The notes under the pieces: generated by a model
The model's database searches: none
What the model saw: only the letters and a program-made list of their open reading frames with translations
Told to the model about the DNA's origin: nothing
In this document: positions 19,400 to 30,524 of the stretch, one piece after another
How the letters are laid out: every line of letters begins with the position of its first letter
Numbering within the stretch: the stretch's first letter is position 1
Made by a program: the position numbers and the translations under genes
Assembly (NCBI GenBank): GCA_041652215.1
Contig: JBAZHU010000001.1
Coordinates: 1-39,717, forward strand
Source: Methanoregula sp.
GTDB taxonomy: Archaea > Halobacteriota > Methanomicrobia > Methanomicrobiales > Methanospirillaceae
Direction of reading: 5' to 3'
DNA length: 39,717 nt

Positions 19400-21359
19400 A
19401 CCGATGAGCCGGGTGCTCATCGTTGCTTCCCGTGACCAGGCCGCGCCGATCGTTGAGGAACTGTACCGCAGGAACCTGTTCCATATCGAAGACTATGTGG
19501 AGCAGGGACAAAGTGGGTACGAAGGCTTTAAGATCGGCACGCCTCTTCTCGGGGCAACCGAGGCATCAACCGAGCTTGTCAAGGTCAGGGCAATCGAGAA
19601 TGTTTTTGCAATCCGTGGCGAGGATATCTATGCAAAGCAGAAACTGAGCCTGCCGCAGATCCGTACACAGATAGAACAGGATCTCCCCGGCATCGAAAAA
19701 GAGGTCGAGGGACTGGCAGGTGCCCGCTCGAAACTTGACACGAAGGCAAAGGAGTTCGAACAGAAGATTGCAGAACTCGCACCGTTTAAGGAAATCCCGG
19801 TGGATCTTGCTCTTTTACGTGGTTTCAGGCATTTCGCCATATTTGCCGGCTACGTGAACCGCGACGTGTCCATTTCCGTCCCGCACGAGATGCAGGTGGT
19901 AAAGGGCAAGGATCGTTCGTTTGTCCTTGTCGTGGTCCCGGAACAGAACAAGGCCGAGGTGGAACGGCTCCTTCAGGATGCGCAGTTCCAGTCGGTTACT
20001 ATTCCCGAAGAGAACGGCACTGCCCCGTCACGCACCGCGTATTACACGGAGCAGATCGCTTCGCTTAAAAAAGAGATCGAGGCGATCAATGAAAAACTTG
20101 CAACAATCAAGGAGTTGCATACCGATCTTCTGGTTGCCTGCGAAGAGGCGTTCCGGGCAAAAATCGAGCAGACCGAGGCTCCGCTCCGGTTTGCTACGAC
20201 GTCTAAAGTGTTCGTGGCAGAAGGATGGGTGCCTGCGGATCGCACGCAGGAGATCAGTGCGGCGCTGGACACGGTGACCGGAGGGAAAGTCTTTGTCTCG
20301 GAACAGCCGGTTGACCCCGTGCACGATTCCGTGCCGGTAGAGTACAACAACCCGTCGTTTGCAAAACCGGCGCAGATGCTCATGGATATGTACTCCCGTC
20401 CGACGTACACTGAAGTAGACCCGACACTGATCCTTGCGATCATGTTCCCGATCTTCTTTGGGGTCATAGTTGGCGATGTCGGGTACGGACTCCTGATGCT
20501 TGCCATGTGCGCAGGTCTCTGGAAGTTCATGAAGGGTGACGATGCCCGGCAGTTCCTGAAGATCCTCAGGAATGCGAGTATCATGAGCATTATTTTTGGG
20601 ATTCTGTTCAGTGAATTCCTGGGATTCGAACTCCCCTGGGCACCCATTATCTTCAGCCGCCATCTCAATATCGGTGTAACTGAAGCCGGTGCACACGGGG
20701 CGGCGATTGCAGAGCTCTTGATTGTCTCGGTCTGGGTCGGTATCCTGTATTTCACGCTTGGCCGGGCGCTGGGCATGATCAACCACTCCCGCCAGGATCA
20801 TGGCGAACACCGGGTAAAAGCCGTGCTCGCAAACCTTGGCTGGATCACCGTGACGTGGGGGATTCTCATCGCCATCTGGTCGATGTTCCCGATTCCGCTT
20901 ATGCCGGACCTCCGCGAGCTCCCGATTGTAGCCGTGGGTCTTTCGGTGGGAATCATTGTCGCTATCGTGTTCATTGTGATGGGTGTCATCTTCATCGCTC
21001 GTGACGCGGTTCTTGAGGTAATCGAAATCCCGACGATCATTTCCCACGTTCTTTCCTACACCCGTCTGACAGCCGTGGGACTTTCGTCGGTGGCCATCGC
21101 GATGGTCATCAACTACCTGTCTATCGGGATGTTCATCAATCCCGGGATGAAAAGTCTCTCAATTGTTGGAATTGTCATGATAATCGTCGGTGTCCTGATA
21201 TTCTTACTCGGGCACGTGTTCAACCTGGCATTGGGGCTTCTTGATGGTTTTCTTCACTCAATCCGGTTGCATTATGTCGAATTCTTCACCAAATTCTATA
21301 AGGGTGGAGGCAGGAAGTATATTCCATTTGGAATGAAACGAAAATTTACGGAGGATTAG
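19386..21359 (+). CDS. atpI: A1Ao ATP synthase subunit I (a)
   Basis: EGWVP, EVDPT, GDVGYG, SYTRL, IRLHYVEFFTKFY. Confidence 0.96.
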   Translation: MLAPKPMSRVLIVASRDQAAPIVEELYRRNLFHIEDYVEQGQSGYEGFKIGTPLLGATEASTELVKVRAIENVFAIRGEDIYAKQKLSLPQIRTQIEQDLPGIEKEVEGLAGARSKLDTKAKEFEQKIAELAPFKEIPVDLALLRGFRHFAIFAGYVNRDVSISVPHEMQVVKGKDRSFVLVVVPEQNKAEVERLLQDAQFQSVTIPEENGTAPSRTAYYTEQIASLKKEIEAINEKLATIKELHTDLLVACEEAFRAKIEQTEAPLRFATTSKVFVAEGWVPADRTQEISAALDTVTGGKVFVSEQPVDPVHDSVPVEYNNPSFAKPAQMLMDMYSRPTYTEVDPTLILAIMFPIFFGVIVGDVGYGLLMLAMCAGLWKFMKGDDARQFLKILRNASIMSIIFGILFSEFLGFELPWAPIIFSRHLNIGVTEAGAHGAAIAELLIVSVWVGILYFTLGRALGMINHSRQDHGEHRVKAVLANLGWITVTWGILIAIWSMFPIPLMPDLRELPIVAVGLSVGIIVAIVFIVMGVIFIARDAVLEVIEIPTIISHVLSYTRLTAVGLSSVAIAMVINYLSIGMFINPGMKSLSIVGIVMIIVGVLIFLLGHVFNLALGLLDGFLHSIRLHYVEFFTKFYKGGGRKYIPFGMKRKFTED

Positions 21360-21362
21360 ATT

Positions 21363-21611
21363 ATGGTTGACACAGTTATGACTCTTGAAATGGTACAGGC
21401 ATCGCAGGTTGGAATGAAGGCAATCGGAGCCGGTCTTGCAGTCGGTCTCACCGGTGTCGGTACCGGTGTCGCCGAGATGGGTATCGGTGCAGCAGCAGTC
21501 GGCGCAATTGCGGAGAACAAGGACTTCTTCGGTCTTGGCCTGCTCTTCACGGTCATTCCGGAAACCATCGTTATCTTCGGTCTCGTCATTGCACTTCTGC
21601 TCCTGTTCTAA
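21363..21611 (+). CDS. atpK: A1Ao ATP synthase subunit K (c, proteolipid)
   Basis: Single hairpin; Gly-rich helix 1, IPETIVIFG. Confidence 0.95.
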   Translation: MVDTVMTLEMVQASQVGMKAIGAGLAVGLTGVGTGVAEMGIGAAAVGAIAENKDFFGLGLLFTVIPETIVIFGLVIALLLLF

Positions 21612-21625
21612 AGCGAGGCAGAACA

Positions 21626-22201
21626 ATGGGACTGGAAGCAGTACTGGCAGAGATCAGGGAAAAAGGCAAAAAAGAAGCGGATGCGATTCGCGCCGGGTCT
21701 AAAGCGGATTCGGATATGATTCTCGCGGAAGCAGACAGGAAAGTCGCCGGGATCAAGATGGACGCCGAGGAAGCCTCGATAAAACAGGCATCACGGATCG
21801 TCAGTCAGGATATGTCGGCGGCAAACCTTCTGGTCAAGCGCGAGCTCTTAAACACCCAAAAGGAACTCCTCGATGAGGTGTACGAGAACACCCGCGCAGA
21901 AATTGCCAAGTTCCCTGAAAGCTTCCATCGCGAAGCCATCAAAAAACTCCTTCTGGAAGCGAAAAAGGAGATCCCGAAAGGCAGCATCCGCTGCAATGCA
22001 CGGGATACAGCGGCAGCAAAGGCCGTTCTTGCAGAGAAGGAATTCTCAGGGTTTACCCTGGGCGAACCGGCTGATATCGATGGCGGTATCCTGATCGATG
22101 GGGAGGGTAACGAGCTGCAAATCGATTACAGCTATCGCACCTTCATGAACAAAGTGTGGGAATCCGGGCTCAAGGATGCATCTGATCTCCTCTTCGGATA
22201 G
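21626..22201 (+). CDS. atpE: A1Ao ATP synthase subunit E
   Basis: MGLEAVL, IDGGILI, IDYSY; operon position. Confidence 0.93.
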   Translation: MGLEAVLAEIREKGKKEADAIRAGSKADSDMILAEADRKVAGIKMDAEEASIKQASRIVSQDMSAANLLVKRELLNTQKELLDEVYENTRAEIAKFPESFHREAIKKLLLEAKKEIPKGSIRCNARDTAAAKAVLAEKEFSGFTLGEPADIDGGILIDGEGNELQIDYSYRTFMNKVWESGLKDASDLLFG

Positions 22202-22213
22202 GGTGGTACAGGT

Positions 22214-23269
22214 ATGGCAGGGATGAAAGGAATTTCAGCGCCCACTATCTACGTCTGTACCAGGATGCGAGTGAGGAAGTCCAAGCTTCTCCCCAGAGAA
22301 GAGTACCAGCGGATGCTCAACATGAGCCTTCCTGAGATTACCCGTATTATTGAAGAGACATCCTACAAGCAGGAGATCGATGAACTCGCTACCACCTTCA
22401 AGGGGATCGATCTCCTTGAAGTGGCCCTGAGCTGGAACCTTGCAAAGGAGTACCAGCGGATCCTGGCCATCACGCCCGGGCCGCTCAAGCAGTTCACCCG
22501 TGCGTACCTCAGGTACTGGGATATCCAGAACGTGCTTACCATCCTGCGCGGGAAGTCGCAGGGTGAAAAGACCGGCAAGATCAAGGAAGTCCTTGTTCCG
22601 GCCGGGAACCTTGACAAGGTCGTGCTTGACCGGCTTCTTGCCGAAGACAGCCCGGACCGTGTGATCGACGCACTCAAAGGCAGGCGTCTCTACCCGGTAC
22701 TCGCCCAGGAGTACCCGGCGGCAAAGGAGACCGGTTCGTTTGCCCGGATGGAAAACGAGCTGTACAAACAATTCTACGCGGAGATCATCGCAGAATCAAG
22801 TGGCGGAGATGCCGGGGGCCGGTTGTTCCTTGCATTCATCCGGCTCGACATCGACATCAAAAACATCCTGACGCTCTTCCGCCTGAGGGCAGACAAGCTC
22901 CAGGAAGACGCGAAGGAGATGTATATCCTTGGCGGCACGATGTCCGCGGCAGACTTTGCTACGTTAAACACAATCCAGGACTACCGCGAATTTGTCGAAC
23001 AGCTCAAGGTTAAGGTTCGTACCGATCCGGTGCTCGAACTCTTAAAAAATCTGGAGACCGAACGGCCGGTTCATGAAATTGCAAGTCTTCTTGTGCGGGT
23101 GCAGATGGAGCAGATGGAGAAACTCTCTAAGCGAAACCCCTTCTCCATCTACCCGATCCTCGTGTATATTGAGAAGAAGAAGTACGAAGTGGCGAACCTT
23201 CGGGCTCTCGCTCGGGGCAAGGAATCCAAACTCCCCTCAGAAACGATTGGGAAATACCTGGTGATGTAA
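22214..23269 (+). CDS. atpC: A1Ao ATP synthase subunit C
   Basis: WDIQNVLTILRGK, EVANLRALARGK; operon position. Confidence 0.94.
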   Translation: MAGMKGISAPTIYVCTRMRVRKSKLLPREEYQRMLNMSLPEITRIIEETSYKQEIDELATTFKGIDLLEVALSWNLAKEYQRILAITPGPLKQFTRAYLRYWDIQNVLTILRGKSQGEKTGKIKEVLVPAGNLDKVVLDRLLAEDSPDRVIDALKGRRLYPVLAQEYPAAKETGSFARMENELYKQFYAEIIAESSGGDAGGRLFLAFIRLDIDIKNILTLFRLRADKLQEDAKEMYILGGTMSAADFATLNTIQDYREFVEQLKVKVRTDPVLELLKNLETERPVHEIASLLVRVQMEQMEKLSKRNPFSIYPILVYIEKKKYEVANLRALARGKESKLPSETIGKYLVM

Positions 23270-23572
23270 ATGGAGATTGCAGTTATCGGCAACAGCGAGT
23301 TCATCCTTGGGTTCCGCCTCGCAGGCATAAGGAAGACCTATGCAGCGGAGAACGACGAGAAACTCAACGAGTGCATCACCAGCGCCCTTTCTGACGGGCA
23401 GGTCGGTATTCTTGTCTTAAACAGCAGCGATATGGAGCGGCTTCCGCGCCGGCTCCGCACAACGCTCGAAAACTCCGTCAAGCCGACCGTAATCGCCCTT
23501 GGTGGCGAAGAAGGGGGCCTGTCCATGAGAGAGAAAATCAAGAGATCGGTGGGTGTTGATCTGTGGAAATGA
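23270..23572 (+). CDS. atpF: A1Ao ATP synthase subunit F
   Basis: IAVIG ... [16 protein letters not shown]. Confidence 0.95.
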   Translation: MEIAVIGNSEFILGFRLAGIRKTYAAENDEKLNECITSALSDGQVGILVLNSSDMERLPRRLRTTLENSVKPTVIALGGEEGGLSMREKIKRSVGVDLWK

Positions 23573-25329
23573 AAACCGAAAATACCAAAGAGGCAAAAAA
23601 GGGCGTCCTGAAAAGGATTGCCGGCCCCGTCGTTACGGCAGTCAATCTTGACGCCCACATGTACGATGTGGTGAAAGTCGGAAAAGAAGCGCTGATGGGT
23701 GAGGTCATCAAGATCCAGGGTAATAATACCATTATCCAGGTATACGAGGATACGTCGGGCATCAGGCCCGGCGAGCCGGTTACAAACACCGGTCTCTCGC
23801 TTGCCGTTGAACTCGGCCCCGGGCTCCTCACCAGTATCTACGACGGTATCCAGCGTCCTTTGGAAGTCCTCGTAAAAAAGATGGGCAACTTCATCGAGCG
23901 TGGTGTCACCGCACCCGGTCTCTCCCATGATAAGAAGTGGACCTTTAAGCCGCTGGTAAAAGCCGGCGACAAGATCGAGCCCGGTGCAATCCTCGGCGAG
24001 GTTCAGGAAACCAACATCGTCCACCGGGTCATGCTCCCGCCAAACGCGAAAGCTGGCATCGTCAGGACGATCAAGAGCGGGGACTTCACCATCGACGAAA
24101 CCATCTGTGTTCTCGAAGACGGCCGCGAGTACCCGATGCTCCAGCGCTGGCCGGTCCGTGTGCCCCGCCCCGTGCGTGAGAAGAAGAACCCGACGATCCC
24201 CCTGATCACCGGTCAGCGGATCCTTGACGGTCTCTTCCCGATTGCAAAGGGCGGCACCGCTGCAATTCCCGGCCCATTCGGGAGCGGCAAGACCGTTACG
24301 CAGCAGCAGCTTGCGAAGTGGTCGGATGCCGAAATCGTGGTCTACATCGGCTGCGGAGAACGCGGCAACGAGATGACGGAAGTTCTTACGGAATTCCCGA
24401 GTCTTGAGGACCCGAAGTCCGGGAAACCGCTCATGGAGCGGACGGTGCTCATCGCAAACACCTCCAACATGCCGGTCGCTGCCCGTGAAGCATCCGTGTA
24501 CACCGGTATCACCATCGCGGAATACTTCCGTGATATGGGTTACGATGTCTCCTTAATGGCAGACTCGACCTCCCGGTGGGCAGAAGCGATGAGAGAAATC
24601 TCGTCCCGTCTTGAAGAGATGCCCGGTGAAGAAGGATACCCGGCATACCTCGCGGCCCGGCTCTCGGAGTTCTACGAGCGTGCCGGTCTTGTCGAGACCT
24701 TAAACGGTGCATCCGGGTCGGTCTCGGTTATCGGTGCAGTCTCACCGCCTGGCGGAGATTTCTCCGAGCCGGTTACCCAGAACACGCTCCGTATCGTGAA
24801 AGTTTTCTGGGCACTGGACGCAAAGCTCTCCCAGCGCCGGCACTTCCCGGCCATTAACTGGCTGAACTCCTACTCGCTCTACCTCGACGCCCTCCACGAT
24901 TACTACGACAAGGAGGTCTCACCCGACTGGAACAAGACCCGGTCCTGGGCCATGGAAGTGCTCCAGAAAGAGGCGGAACTCCAGGAGATCGTGCAGCTCG
25001 TCGGATCCGACGCCCTGCCCGAATCGGAACAGGTGACGATCGAAGTCGCCCGTATGATTCGTGAGATCTTCCTCCAGCAGAACGCATACGACGCGGTCGA
25101 CACGTTCTGCGACATGAAGAAACAGTACGACATGATGAAGGCGATCAAGCTCTTCGCGGACTATGCCTATGCAGCCCAGCTCGCTGGTGTCAGCCCTGCG
25201 CAGATCATCGCAGTCAAGGCAAAGAACGAACTGCCCCAGATCAAGTTCATCAAGGACTACAAGCCCGAACTCGCGAAGATCGAGAAGGATATGGACGCTG
25301 AGTTCAACACACTGAGGTCGGCAGCATGA
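23563..25329 (+). CDS. atpA: A1Ao ATP synthase subunit A
   Basis: [28 protein letters not shown]; no intein. Start is GTG23563 or ATG23569. Confidence 0.98.
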   Translation: MEMKTENTKEAKKGVLKRIAGPVVTAVNLDAHMYDVVKVGKEALMGEVIKIQGNNTIIQVYEDTSGIRPGEPVTNTGLSLAVELGPGLLTSIYDGIQRPLEVLVKKMGNFIERGVTAPGLSHDKKWTFKPLVKAGDKIEPGAILGEVQETNIVHRVMLPPNAKAGIVRTIKSGDFTIDETICVLEDGREYPMLQRWPVRVPRPVREKKNPTIPLITGQRILDGLFPIAKGGTAAIPGPFGSGKTVTQQQLAKWSDAEIVVYIGCGERGNEMTEVLTEFPSLEDPKSGKPLMERTVLIANTSNMPVAAREASVYTGITIAEYFRDMGYDVSLMADSTSRWAEAMREISSRLEEMPGEEGYPAYLAARLSEFYERAGLVETLNGASGSVSVIGAVSPPGGDFSEPVTQNTLRIVKVFWALDAKLSQRRHFPAINWLNSYSLYLDALHDYYDKEVSPDWNKTRSWAMEVLQKEAELQEIVQLVGSDALPESEQVTIEVARMIREIFLQQNAYDAVDTFCDMKKQYDMMKAIKLFADYAYAAQLAGVSPAQIIAVKAKNELPQIKFIKDYKPELAKIEKDMDAEFNTLRSAA

Positions 25330-26714
25330 AGGAATACAGGACGATCACAAAAATTGCCGGTCCTCTTGTCTTTGTCGAGAAGACCGAGCCAATCGCGTAC
25401 CAGGAACTCGTGAACGTGGTTCTTTCCGATGGCACGATCAAGCGTGGCCAGGTGCTGGACACCAGTGACGAACTCGTCGTCGTCCAGATCTTCGAGACCA
25501 CGACGGGTATTGGCAGGGACAGCGGCGTCCGGTTCACCGGCGAGACCATCAAGATGCCGGTCGGCAGGGAGATGCTCGGCCGTATCCTCTCCGGTGGCGG
25601 TAAGCCTATCGACGGCGGCCCGGAGATTGTGCCGGAGAAGCGCCTCGACATCACCGGTGCTGCGATCAACCCGTATGCCCGGGGTATGCCGGCGGATTTC
25701 ATCCAGACCGGTATCTCGACCATTGACGGTACGAACACCCTTGTCCGTGGACAGAAACTCCCGATCTTCTCGGCAGCAGGTCTGCCGCACAACAACGTTG
25801 CGCTCCAGATCGCCCGGCAGGCAAAGGTGCCCGGCTCGACCGAGAGTTTTGCCGTGGTCTTCGCTGCCATGGGTATCACGAAAGAAGAAGCGAACTACTT
25901 CATGGCCGACTTCGAGCGCACCGGTGCTCTCGAGCGTGCCGTCGTGTTCCTCAACCTTGCGGATGACCCGGCCGTCGAGCGTATCATCACGCCCCGTCTC
26001 GCCCTCACCACCGCAGAGTACCTGGCCTTCGAGCTTGGTATGCACGTGCTCGTTATCCTGACGGATATGACCAACTACTGTGAAGCGCTCCGCCAGATCG
26101 GTGCAGCCCGTGAAGAAGTGCCCGGTCGCCGTGGCTACCCGGGGTACATGTACACGGATCTTGCCTGTATCTACGAGCGTGCCGGTATGATCAAGGGCAA
26201 GAAGGGCTCGGTCACGCAGATCCCGATCTTAACGATGCCCGGTGACGATATCACCCACCCGATCCCTGACCTGACCGGGTACATCACGGAAGGCCAGATC
26301 GTGGTCAGCCGTGAACTGCACCGGAAGGGTATCTACCCACCCATCAATGTGCTGCCCTCGCTGTCGCGGCTTATGAACCTCGGTATCGGCAAGGGAAAAA
26401 CACGTGAGGACCACAAGAAGGTCTCCGACCAGATGTACGCCGGGTATGCGGAAGGTAACGACCTCCGTGGCCTTGTGGCGATCGTCGGTAAGGACGCCCT
26501 GTCCGAGCGTGACCGGCTGCTGCTGGAGTTTGCGGATCTCTTCGAGAACCGCTTTGTCCGGCAGGGCTATGACGAGGACCGGACCATCGAGGACACGTTA
26601 GCTGTCGGATGGGACATTCTCTCGACGCTGCCGGTAGAGCAGCTGACCCGTATCGACCGTGAACTGATCAACAAATACCACCCGAAAGTCAAGGCCGGTG
26701 CAAAGAAGGAGTAA
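25326..26714 (+). CDS. atpB: A1Ao ATP synthase subunit B
   Basis: [41 protein letters not shown]. Confidence 0.98.
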   Translation: MKEYRTITKIAGPLVFVEKTEPIAYQELVNVVLSDGTIKRGQVLDTSDELVVVQIFETTTGIGRDSGVRFTGETIKMPVGREMLGRILSGGGKPIDGGPEIVPEKRLDITGAAINPYARGMPADFIQTGISTIDGTNTLVRGQKLPIFSAAGLPHNNVALQIARQAKVPGSTESFAVVFAAMGITKEEANYFMADFERTGALERAVVFLNLADDPAVERIITPRLALTTAEYLAFELGMHVLVILTDMTNYCEALRQIGAAREEVPGRRGYPGYMYTDLACIYERAGMIKGKKGSVTQIPILTMPGDDITHPIPDLTGYITEGQIVVSRELHRKGIYPPINVLPSLSRLMNLGIGKGKTREDHKKVSDQMYAGYAEGNDLRGLVAIVGKDALSERDRLLLEFADLFENRFVRQGYDEDRTIEDTLAVGWDILSTLPVEQLTRIDRELINKYHPKVKAGAKKE

Positions 26715-26721
26715 AGAATCC

Positions 26722-27351
26722 ATGGCGCTGCGCGATATCAAGCCAACCCGTTCGGAACTGATCGACTTAAAAAGGAAGATCAAGCTCTCCGAGCGTGGCT
26801 ATAAAATCCTCAAGATGAAGCGCGATGGGCTGATCATGGAATTTTTCAAGATCCTCTCCGAGGCAAAGGACAGCCGGGGGGAACTCCTGAGAAGGTACCA
26901 GCACGCTGTCGATATGATGGCGGTGGCAAACACGGTTGAAGGTGCTATCGGTGTCAAGGCCGCTGCCTTCTCGGTAAAAGAGACCCCGGAGATCACGCTC
27001 AAGAGCAAGAACATCATGGGCGTGGTCGTGCCGGAGATCGAGTCGTCGAAAGTGAAAAAGAGCCTCGCGGACCGGGGATACGGCGTGCTCGGCACGTCGC
27101 CGGTCATTGACGAGACTGCATCGGCGTTCGAGGAGCTGGTCGAGGCGATCATCGAGAGCGCTGAGATCGAGACGACGATGAAGCGCCTCCTGGACGAGAT
27201 CGAAAAGACCAAGCGCCGGGTAAACGCGCTCGAGTTCAAGGTGATCCCCGAACTCACCGCAGCCCGGGATTTCATCAAGATGCGTCTTGATGAAATGGAA
27301 CGCGAGGAACTTTTCCGGATGAAGAAGATCAAGGCCCGGGGTTCAGCGTAA
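26722..27351 (+). CDS. atpD: A1Ao ATP synthase subunit D
   Basis: KPTRSEL, LKMKRDGL, KTKRRVNALE. Confidence 0.96.
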   Translation: MALRDIKPTRSELIDLKRKIKLSERGYKILKMKRDGLIMEFFKILSEAKDSRGELLRRYQHAVDMMAVANTVEGAIGVKAAAFSVKETPEITLKSKNIMGVVVPEIESSKVKKSLADRGYGVLGTSPVIDETASAFEELVEAIIESAEIETTMKRLLDEIEKTKRRVNALEFKVIPELTAARDFIKMRLDEMEREELFRMKKIKARGSA

Positions 27352-27371
27352 CCCCGGGGAGTGTGGCTTTT

Positions 27372-28586
27372 ATGCCAATCGGTACCCTCAATGGACTGGG
27401 GTGCGGTAAAAAGACGGTACTTCTCCGTCTTGACCTCAACTCCCCCATCGATCCCACCTCCCATCTTATTTTAGACGACAAACGGTTCCGCGAGCACCTG
27501 CCAACGATCCGGGCCCTTTCAGATGCGAAAGTCGTTATCGTCACCCACCAGAGCCGGCCGGGAAAAAAGGATTTCACGACCCTGGAGTCCCATGCGGAAA
27601 AACTCGAAGAGCTCCTCGGGACACCGGTCACCTATATCGACAGCATCTTCGGGCGGCATGCACGGGAAGCCGTGCACGCAATGAAACCCGGCGATATCAT
27701 GATGCTTGAGAACGTGCGGTTTTCTGCGGAAGAGAACCTCACGATGAAACCCGAGGAGGCAAAAAAGACCCACCTCGTAAAGAAACTCTCCGCGATGGCT
27801 GACTTTTTTGTGAACGACGCATTCGGGACTGCCCACCGGTCCCAGCCGACGGTTGTCGGTCTCCCGCTCGCGATGAAATCTGCGGCCGGCCTGTTGATGG
27901 AAAAAGAAGTTTCCACCCTCTCGAAAGTCTTCTCGGGAGCGCCCCGGCCGGTCTGTATGGTGCTCGGCGGCACCAAAGTTGACGATTCAATCGAGGTCGC
28001 GGCCCACGTGCTGGAAAACGGCATCGCCGACACCGTGATCGTGATCGGTGTCGTGGCAAATGTATTCTATCTTGCTCGCGGGTACGATATCGGCAAACCC
28101 TCCGCCCAGCTCATCGAACAGCTCAAGTACCGGGGCGAGATTGAAAAGGCAAAAGTCATTCTTGAAAAATTCGGCGACCGGGTGATCATGCCCTCCACCG
28201 TTGCGGTCCGGCAGAACGGCAAACGCGTGGAGTACCCGGTCGAAAAGATCCCGTCCGATGCACCGGTCATGGACATGGGCATGGACGCCCTTGCGGCACT
28301 CGTTTCGATCTTGAAGAAGTCCGGGACCGTGGTCTTCAACGGCCCCGCGGGCGTCTTTGAGGATCCGGACTTTGCGACCGGCACCTTCGAGCTGCTCCGT
28401 GCGGCATCCAAAGTCGAGTTCTCAGTCGTGGGCGGCGGGCATACGGCGGCCGTAATAGAAAAACTCGGGATCGAAAACGATTTCACCCACATCTCCACCG
28501 GTGGGGGAGCCTGCATCGAATTCCTGACCGGGAAAAAACTCCCAGCGGTCGAGGCACTTGAAGAGTCGTATCGTCTCTTCGGGTAA
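27372..28586 (+). CDS. pgk: Phosphoglycerate kinase
   Basis: RLDLNSP, THQSRPG, NDAFGTAHR, HISTGGGA. Confidence 0.97.
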   Translation: MPIGTLNGLGCGKKTVLLRLDLNSPIDPTSHLILDDKRFREHLPTIRALSDAKVVIVTHQSRPGKKDFTTLESHAEKLEELLGTPVTYIDSIFGRHAREAVHAMKPGDIMMLENVRFSAEENLTMKPEEAKKTHLVKKLSAMADFFVNDAFGTAHRSQPTVVGLPLAMKSAAGLLMEKEVSTLSKVFSGAPRPVCMVLGGTKVDDSIEVAAHVLENGIADTVIVIGVVANVFYLARGYDIGKPSAQLIEQLKYRGEIEKAKVILEKFGDRVIMPSTVAVRQNGKRVEYPVEKIPSDAPVMDMGMDALAALVSILKKSGTVVFNGPAGVFEDPDFATGTFELLRAASKVEFSVVGGGHTAAVIEKLGIENDFTHISTGGGACIEFLTGKKLPAVEALEESYRLFG

Positions 28587-28651
28587 GCGCTCCCATTCAT
28601 CGCTTTTTTTTATTCCCCGTATGGGATGACCCGATCCTGCCTCTGAAAAAG

Positions 28652-29146
28652 TTAATACTGCCGGAGCAGGGCCTCAAAGGCAGAGGTGGGGAGACGTCGG
28701 ATCGGTTTTGTTTCCGGTACAACGGGCGATGGCACCTTCACACCGGTGGTCTTTTCAAGGTGAATCAGGGCAGTTTCAAGGGCAACTTCCTTCTCGACCC
28801 TGAGGAGGACCGCTCTCTGCCGCCTGAGTGCAGAGAGCACAGCGACCGAGAAGACGATGGCCGTAAACAGGAACAGGCAGATGGCAAAAATTGTCGTGAT
28901 CCCGGCGATGAGGATCAGCCGGCCGCCTCCTTGCGTGACTGCCCAGGCCCCGCACAGGAAGAGCGCCCAGAAAAGGATCACGGCAAGCCGTGTGGAGGCA
29001 ACGGGACTTGACAAGCTTCGGGCTCGTTGTTCTTCATATTCCGTAGGATACTGATCGATCATCTTTCCGAGGAGAAGGAGTGCTCCACTGCACGGTACGG
29101 AGAACACCCCCGCAATCCCAAGCATAAACAGCAGAAGTTCGTTCAT
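28652..29146 (-). CDS. Hypothetical membrane protein (about 3 TM)
   Basis: Hydrophobic segments; start inferred at MNELLLF. Confidence 0.65.
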   Translation of the reverse strand: MNELLLFMLGIAGVFSVPCSGALLLLGKMIDQYPTEYEEQRARSLSSPVASTRLAVILFWALFLCGAWAVTQGGGRLILIAGITTIFAICLFLFTAIVFSVAVLSALRRQRAVLLRVEKEVALETALIHLEKTTGVKVPSPVVPETKPIRRLPTSAFEALLRQY

Positions 29147-29295
29147 GGGAGGCACCACACCATAGTTCCCTATTACCGGCCGCGCTATAAAAAGTATTCT
29201 ATAAGTATTACATAAAGAACATATGTGGGCCAACTGTATTACAAAATAACGAAATTAACAGGCTATTTATAGTATTCTGGCTTATTTTATAGAGA

Positions 29296-29610
29296 ATGGT
29301 GGAGAAGGTACCTTCTGGCCGGGGCGAACGGGTGGCAATCTCCTATAAAATGCCGCCCAATATCTATGAAAAGGTCAATAAACTCGTATATGAGGAAAAG
29401 AAGTTCTCCACGGTTTCCGATTGTATCACACAAGCTTTATTAGCTTTCGTCGATAATCACCATAATATGGGGCAGGTAAAAGAGCTCCTTAAGGATTACA
29501 TGGTGTCAGATGAGGGCCGGGAACTCATGAAAACGATGATGAGGGAAGTGCTTGTGGATGTGCTCTCGACACAGAAAATCGATTCCAAAGAACGCAAAAG
29601 TAATCCGTAA
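29296..29610 (+). CDS. Ribbon-helix-helix (CopG-like) DNA-binding protein
   Basis: VAISYKMP ... KFSTVSDCITQAL pattern. Confidence 0.7.
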   Translation: MVEKVPSGRGERVAISYKMPPNIYEKVNKLVYEEKKFSTVSDCITQALLAFVDNHHNMGQVKELLKDYMVSDEGRELMKTMMREVLVDVLSTQKIDSKERKSNP

Positions 29611-29694
29611 GTAATATAAATTGGCCATCGCTGGTATTGTTGATGAGCCCTGCGTCCGGCTCGTTTGCCAACCCCGTTTTTTTGTGAGATCTGT

Positions 29695-30174
29695 ATGCAG
29701 GTACGTGTCATCGCGGTCGGAAAGATCAAGGAACGATTCCTTACTGAAGGCATTGCCGAATACGAGAAGCGCCTGACTCCTTACCTGAAACTGTCCATTA
29801 TCGAGATTGCCGATGAGCGGAGGAGCGTGCATGCCAGTGCCGGCCAGGAAAATCTTGTAAAAGATCGCGAGGGCGACCGGATCCTTGCTGCAATCCCGGA
29901 CGGGGCGTACGTAGTGGCGCTCGATGTGCGGGGAAAAGAGATGTCAAGCGAGCAGCTCGCCGCCCGGCTGCACGACTGGCAGCTGGCGGGCTCAAACTTT
30001 GTTGCGATGATCATCGGGGGCGACCTCGGACTTTCAGAAGCAGTGCTCTCCCGGGCCGACATCAGGCTTTCGATCTCACCCATGACATTTACCCACCAGA
30101 TGGTGCGGATGATCCTTTTAGAGCAGATCTACCGGGCCTGCAGGATCAACAGCGGCGAGCCGTACCACAAGTGA
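29695..30174 (+). CDS. rlmH: 23S rRNA (pseudouridine1915-N3)-methyltransferase
   Basis: IAVGKIKE, IIGGDLG, MTFTHQMVRMILLEQIYRA, GEPYHK. Confidence 0.95.
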   Translation: MQVRVIAVGKIKERFLTEGIAEYEKRLTPYLKLSIIEIADERRSVHASAGQENLVKDREGDRILAAIPDGAYVVALDVRGKEMSSEQLAARLHDWQLAGSNFVAMIIGGDLGLSEAVLSRADIRLSISPMTFTHQMVRMILLEQIYRACRINSGEPYHK

Positions 30175-30524
30175 GGGGGTTTCCGGGCATGATATATGCC
30201 AGTACTACCCGGTGGCGGGGATGCGCTCCCGGGCAGAAAGAGGGGTTTATGGCGACTTTTGTTGTGTCCGGTTCTGCGGCATCCCTGGCAGGTAACCGGC
30301 GATCCGGCGGCGGGATGGATTTATCGATTAAATATTTATAACGTGATCGCATTATACTAAACCAATGTACCTGGCTGCATGTTCCCTGGAATACAAGGCC
30401 AAGCGGGTACGATCCGCTCATGGTAAGCGGATGCTTTTCTTTGTCTGCTAGGACCGGATTCGTTCGGTATCCCGGCAGCGTATGGATCGGTGTTTGAAAA
30501 ATTAAAATCTGATATGGTGAATGT

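Noticed and set aside
23563-26714. Inteins in atpA/atpB (lonB also checked)
   Set aside because: Lengths are normal and motifs contiguous; no insertion.
4632-28600. Long antisense ORFs (e.g. 4632-5288, 9387-10487, 12831-13697, 20028-21047, 25257-26045)
   Set aside because: Shadow frames opposite well-supported GC-rich genes.
30157-30174. SCC-like att site at the rlmH 3' end (GAGCCGTACCACAAGTGA)
   Set aside because: No second copy found downstream by eye and no recombinase nearby.
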